Part shown: positions 63,491 to 64,000 of the stretch, piece by piece | Layout: each line of letters begins with the position of its first letter | How positions within the stretch are numbered: position 1 is the first letter of the stretch | Assembly (NCBI RefSeq): GCF_018350175.1 | Contig: NC_058380.1 | Location: 44,268,001 to 44,332,000 of the forward strand | Length of the DNA stretch: 64,000 bases | Origin: Felis catus | Taxonomy: Eukaryota | Direction of reading: 5' to 3' | The notes under the pieces: generated by a model | The model's database searches: none | Told to the model about the DNA's origin: nothing | Seen by the model: the letters and a program-made list of their open reading frames with translations, nothing else | Position numbers and translations under genes: made by a program

Positions 63491-64000
63491 ATCACCCTGT
63501 TCCTATCTTCAGTCCTGCTCAAAACTACTGTCCTTGCTTTCAGCCAGGTGGTAGTTTATCCCACCAGATTCAATGATTCACTCATCCCTGCACTGCACTT
63601 ACCTAATATTTACTGAGCCCCTGCTATGCACCAGGAACTGGATAATGTGAGCAAAATGGCATGCCCTGTCTTTTCCTTGCACGTATCCATGCCATTCTTT
63701 CCACCTCTATGCTCTGTCCATTATCTGCCAGGGAAAATCCAACTAGTACTACGTACCAACTCACGTGGTTTGGTTCCCTCTCGCTGTTCCACTTTGGGAC
63801 CTTGAAACTGACTAATGATAAACTCAGCCCTCCTCAGGCTGCCTACTGCCCACTAGTCAATCCTTGGACACATTCAGCTAAGTGAACCTGCTCCCTTTGA
63901 GGACGGAGGCCTTTCACTTTCAGGGCCCAGGTCCAGATAACAAAGGGTCAAGAGCAAACAATATTGGCCATTGGAATATTCCTCAACATGCTGGCAAGGA

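Larger units (their letters stand above)
7570..64000 (-). other. ERC2: Distal part of a very large last intron of the same gene
   Basis: No convincing constitutive coding exon in more than 56 kb upstream (minus-strand sense) of the 7569 acceptor; dense in old and lineage-specific repeats. Confidence 0.55.

Noticed and set aside
63152-63616. 154-aa ORF
   Set aside because: Lies largely within an MLT1 LTR.
799-63885. All ORFs of 60 aa or more in the supplied track as standalone protein-coding genes
   Set aside because: They are short, low-complexity or repeat-derived (SINE, MLT1, microsatellite), or run through N gaps. None has a recognisable domain or a promoter/poly(A) context.
1-64000. CRISPR arrays, operons, rRNA, prokaryotic or viral systems
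   Set aside because: The sequence is clearly mammalian intronic and UTR DNA; no repeat-spacer periodicity or retroviral coding region was seen.

Overview
Mammalian genomic DNA from a carnivore, most likely a felid: it carries 12 tRNA-derived CAN-SINEs, several of the feliform SINEC_Fc type, plus carnivore L1 3' ends and a CarLTR-like solo LTR. It is a draft assembly with four N gaps. None of the ORF-track ORFs looks like a real single-exon gene. The window is best explained as the 3' end of a large minus-strand gene: a ~3 kb, repeat-free terminal exon (acceptor at 7569, AATAAA at 4588-4593) carrying clustered miRNA, Pumilio and AU-rich sites, preceded by at least 56 kb of a very large last intron filled with MIR, L2, L1, MLT1, hAT MITEs and SINEs. 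I tentatively identify the gene as ERC2 (CAST/ELKS2) from recalled exon architecture, not from an alignment. The most interesting signal is a set of short candidate cassette exons in this intron (33602-33640, 19881-19927, 30172-30212, and one starting at 56185). They could supply alternative short C-terminal tails or act as 3'UTR NMD switches. Also notable: a four-layer nested transposon at ~51-52 kb with an apparent deletion between terminal inverted repeats (TIRs) and a twin-primed L1, a SINE pair with shared diagnostic changes, an inverted SINE pair, and candidate enhancers. Repeat family names come from pattern recognition against remembered consensus sequences, and their boundaries are approximate.
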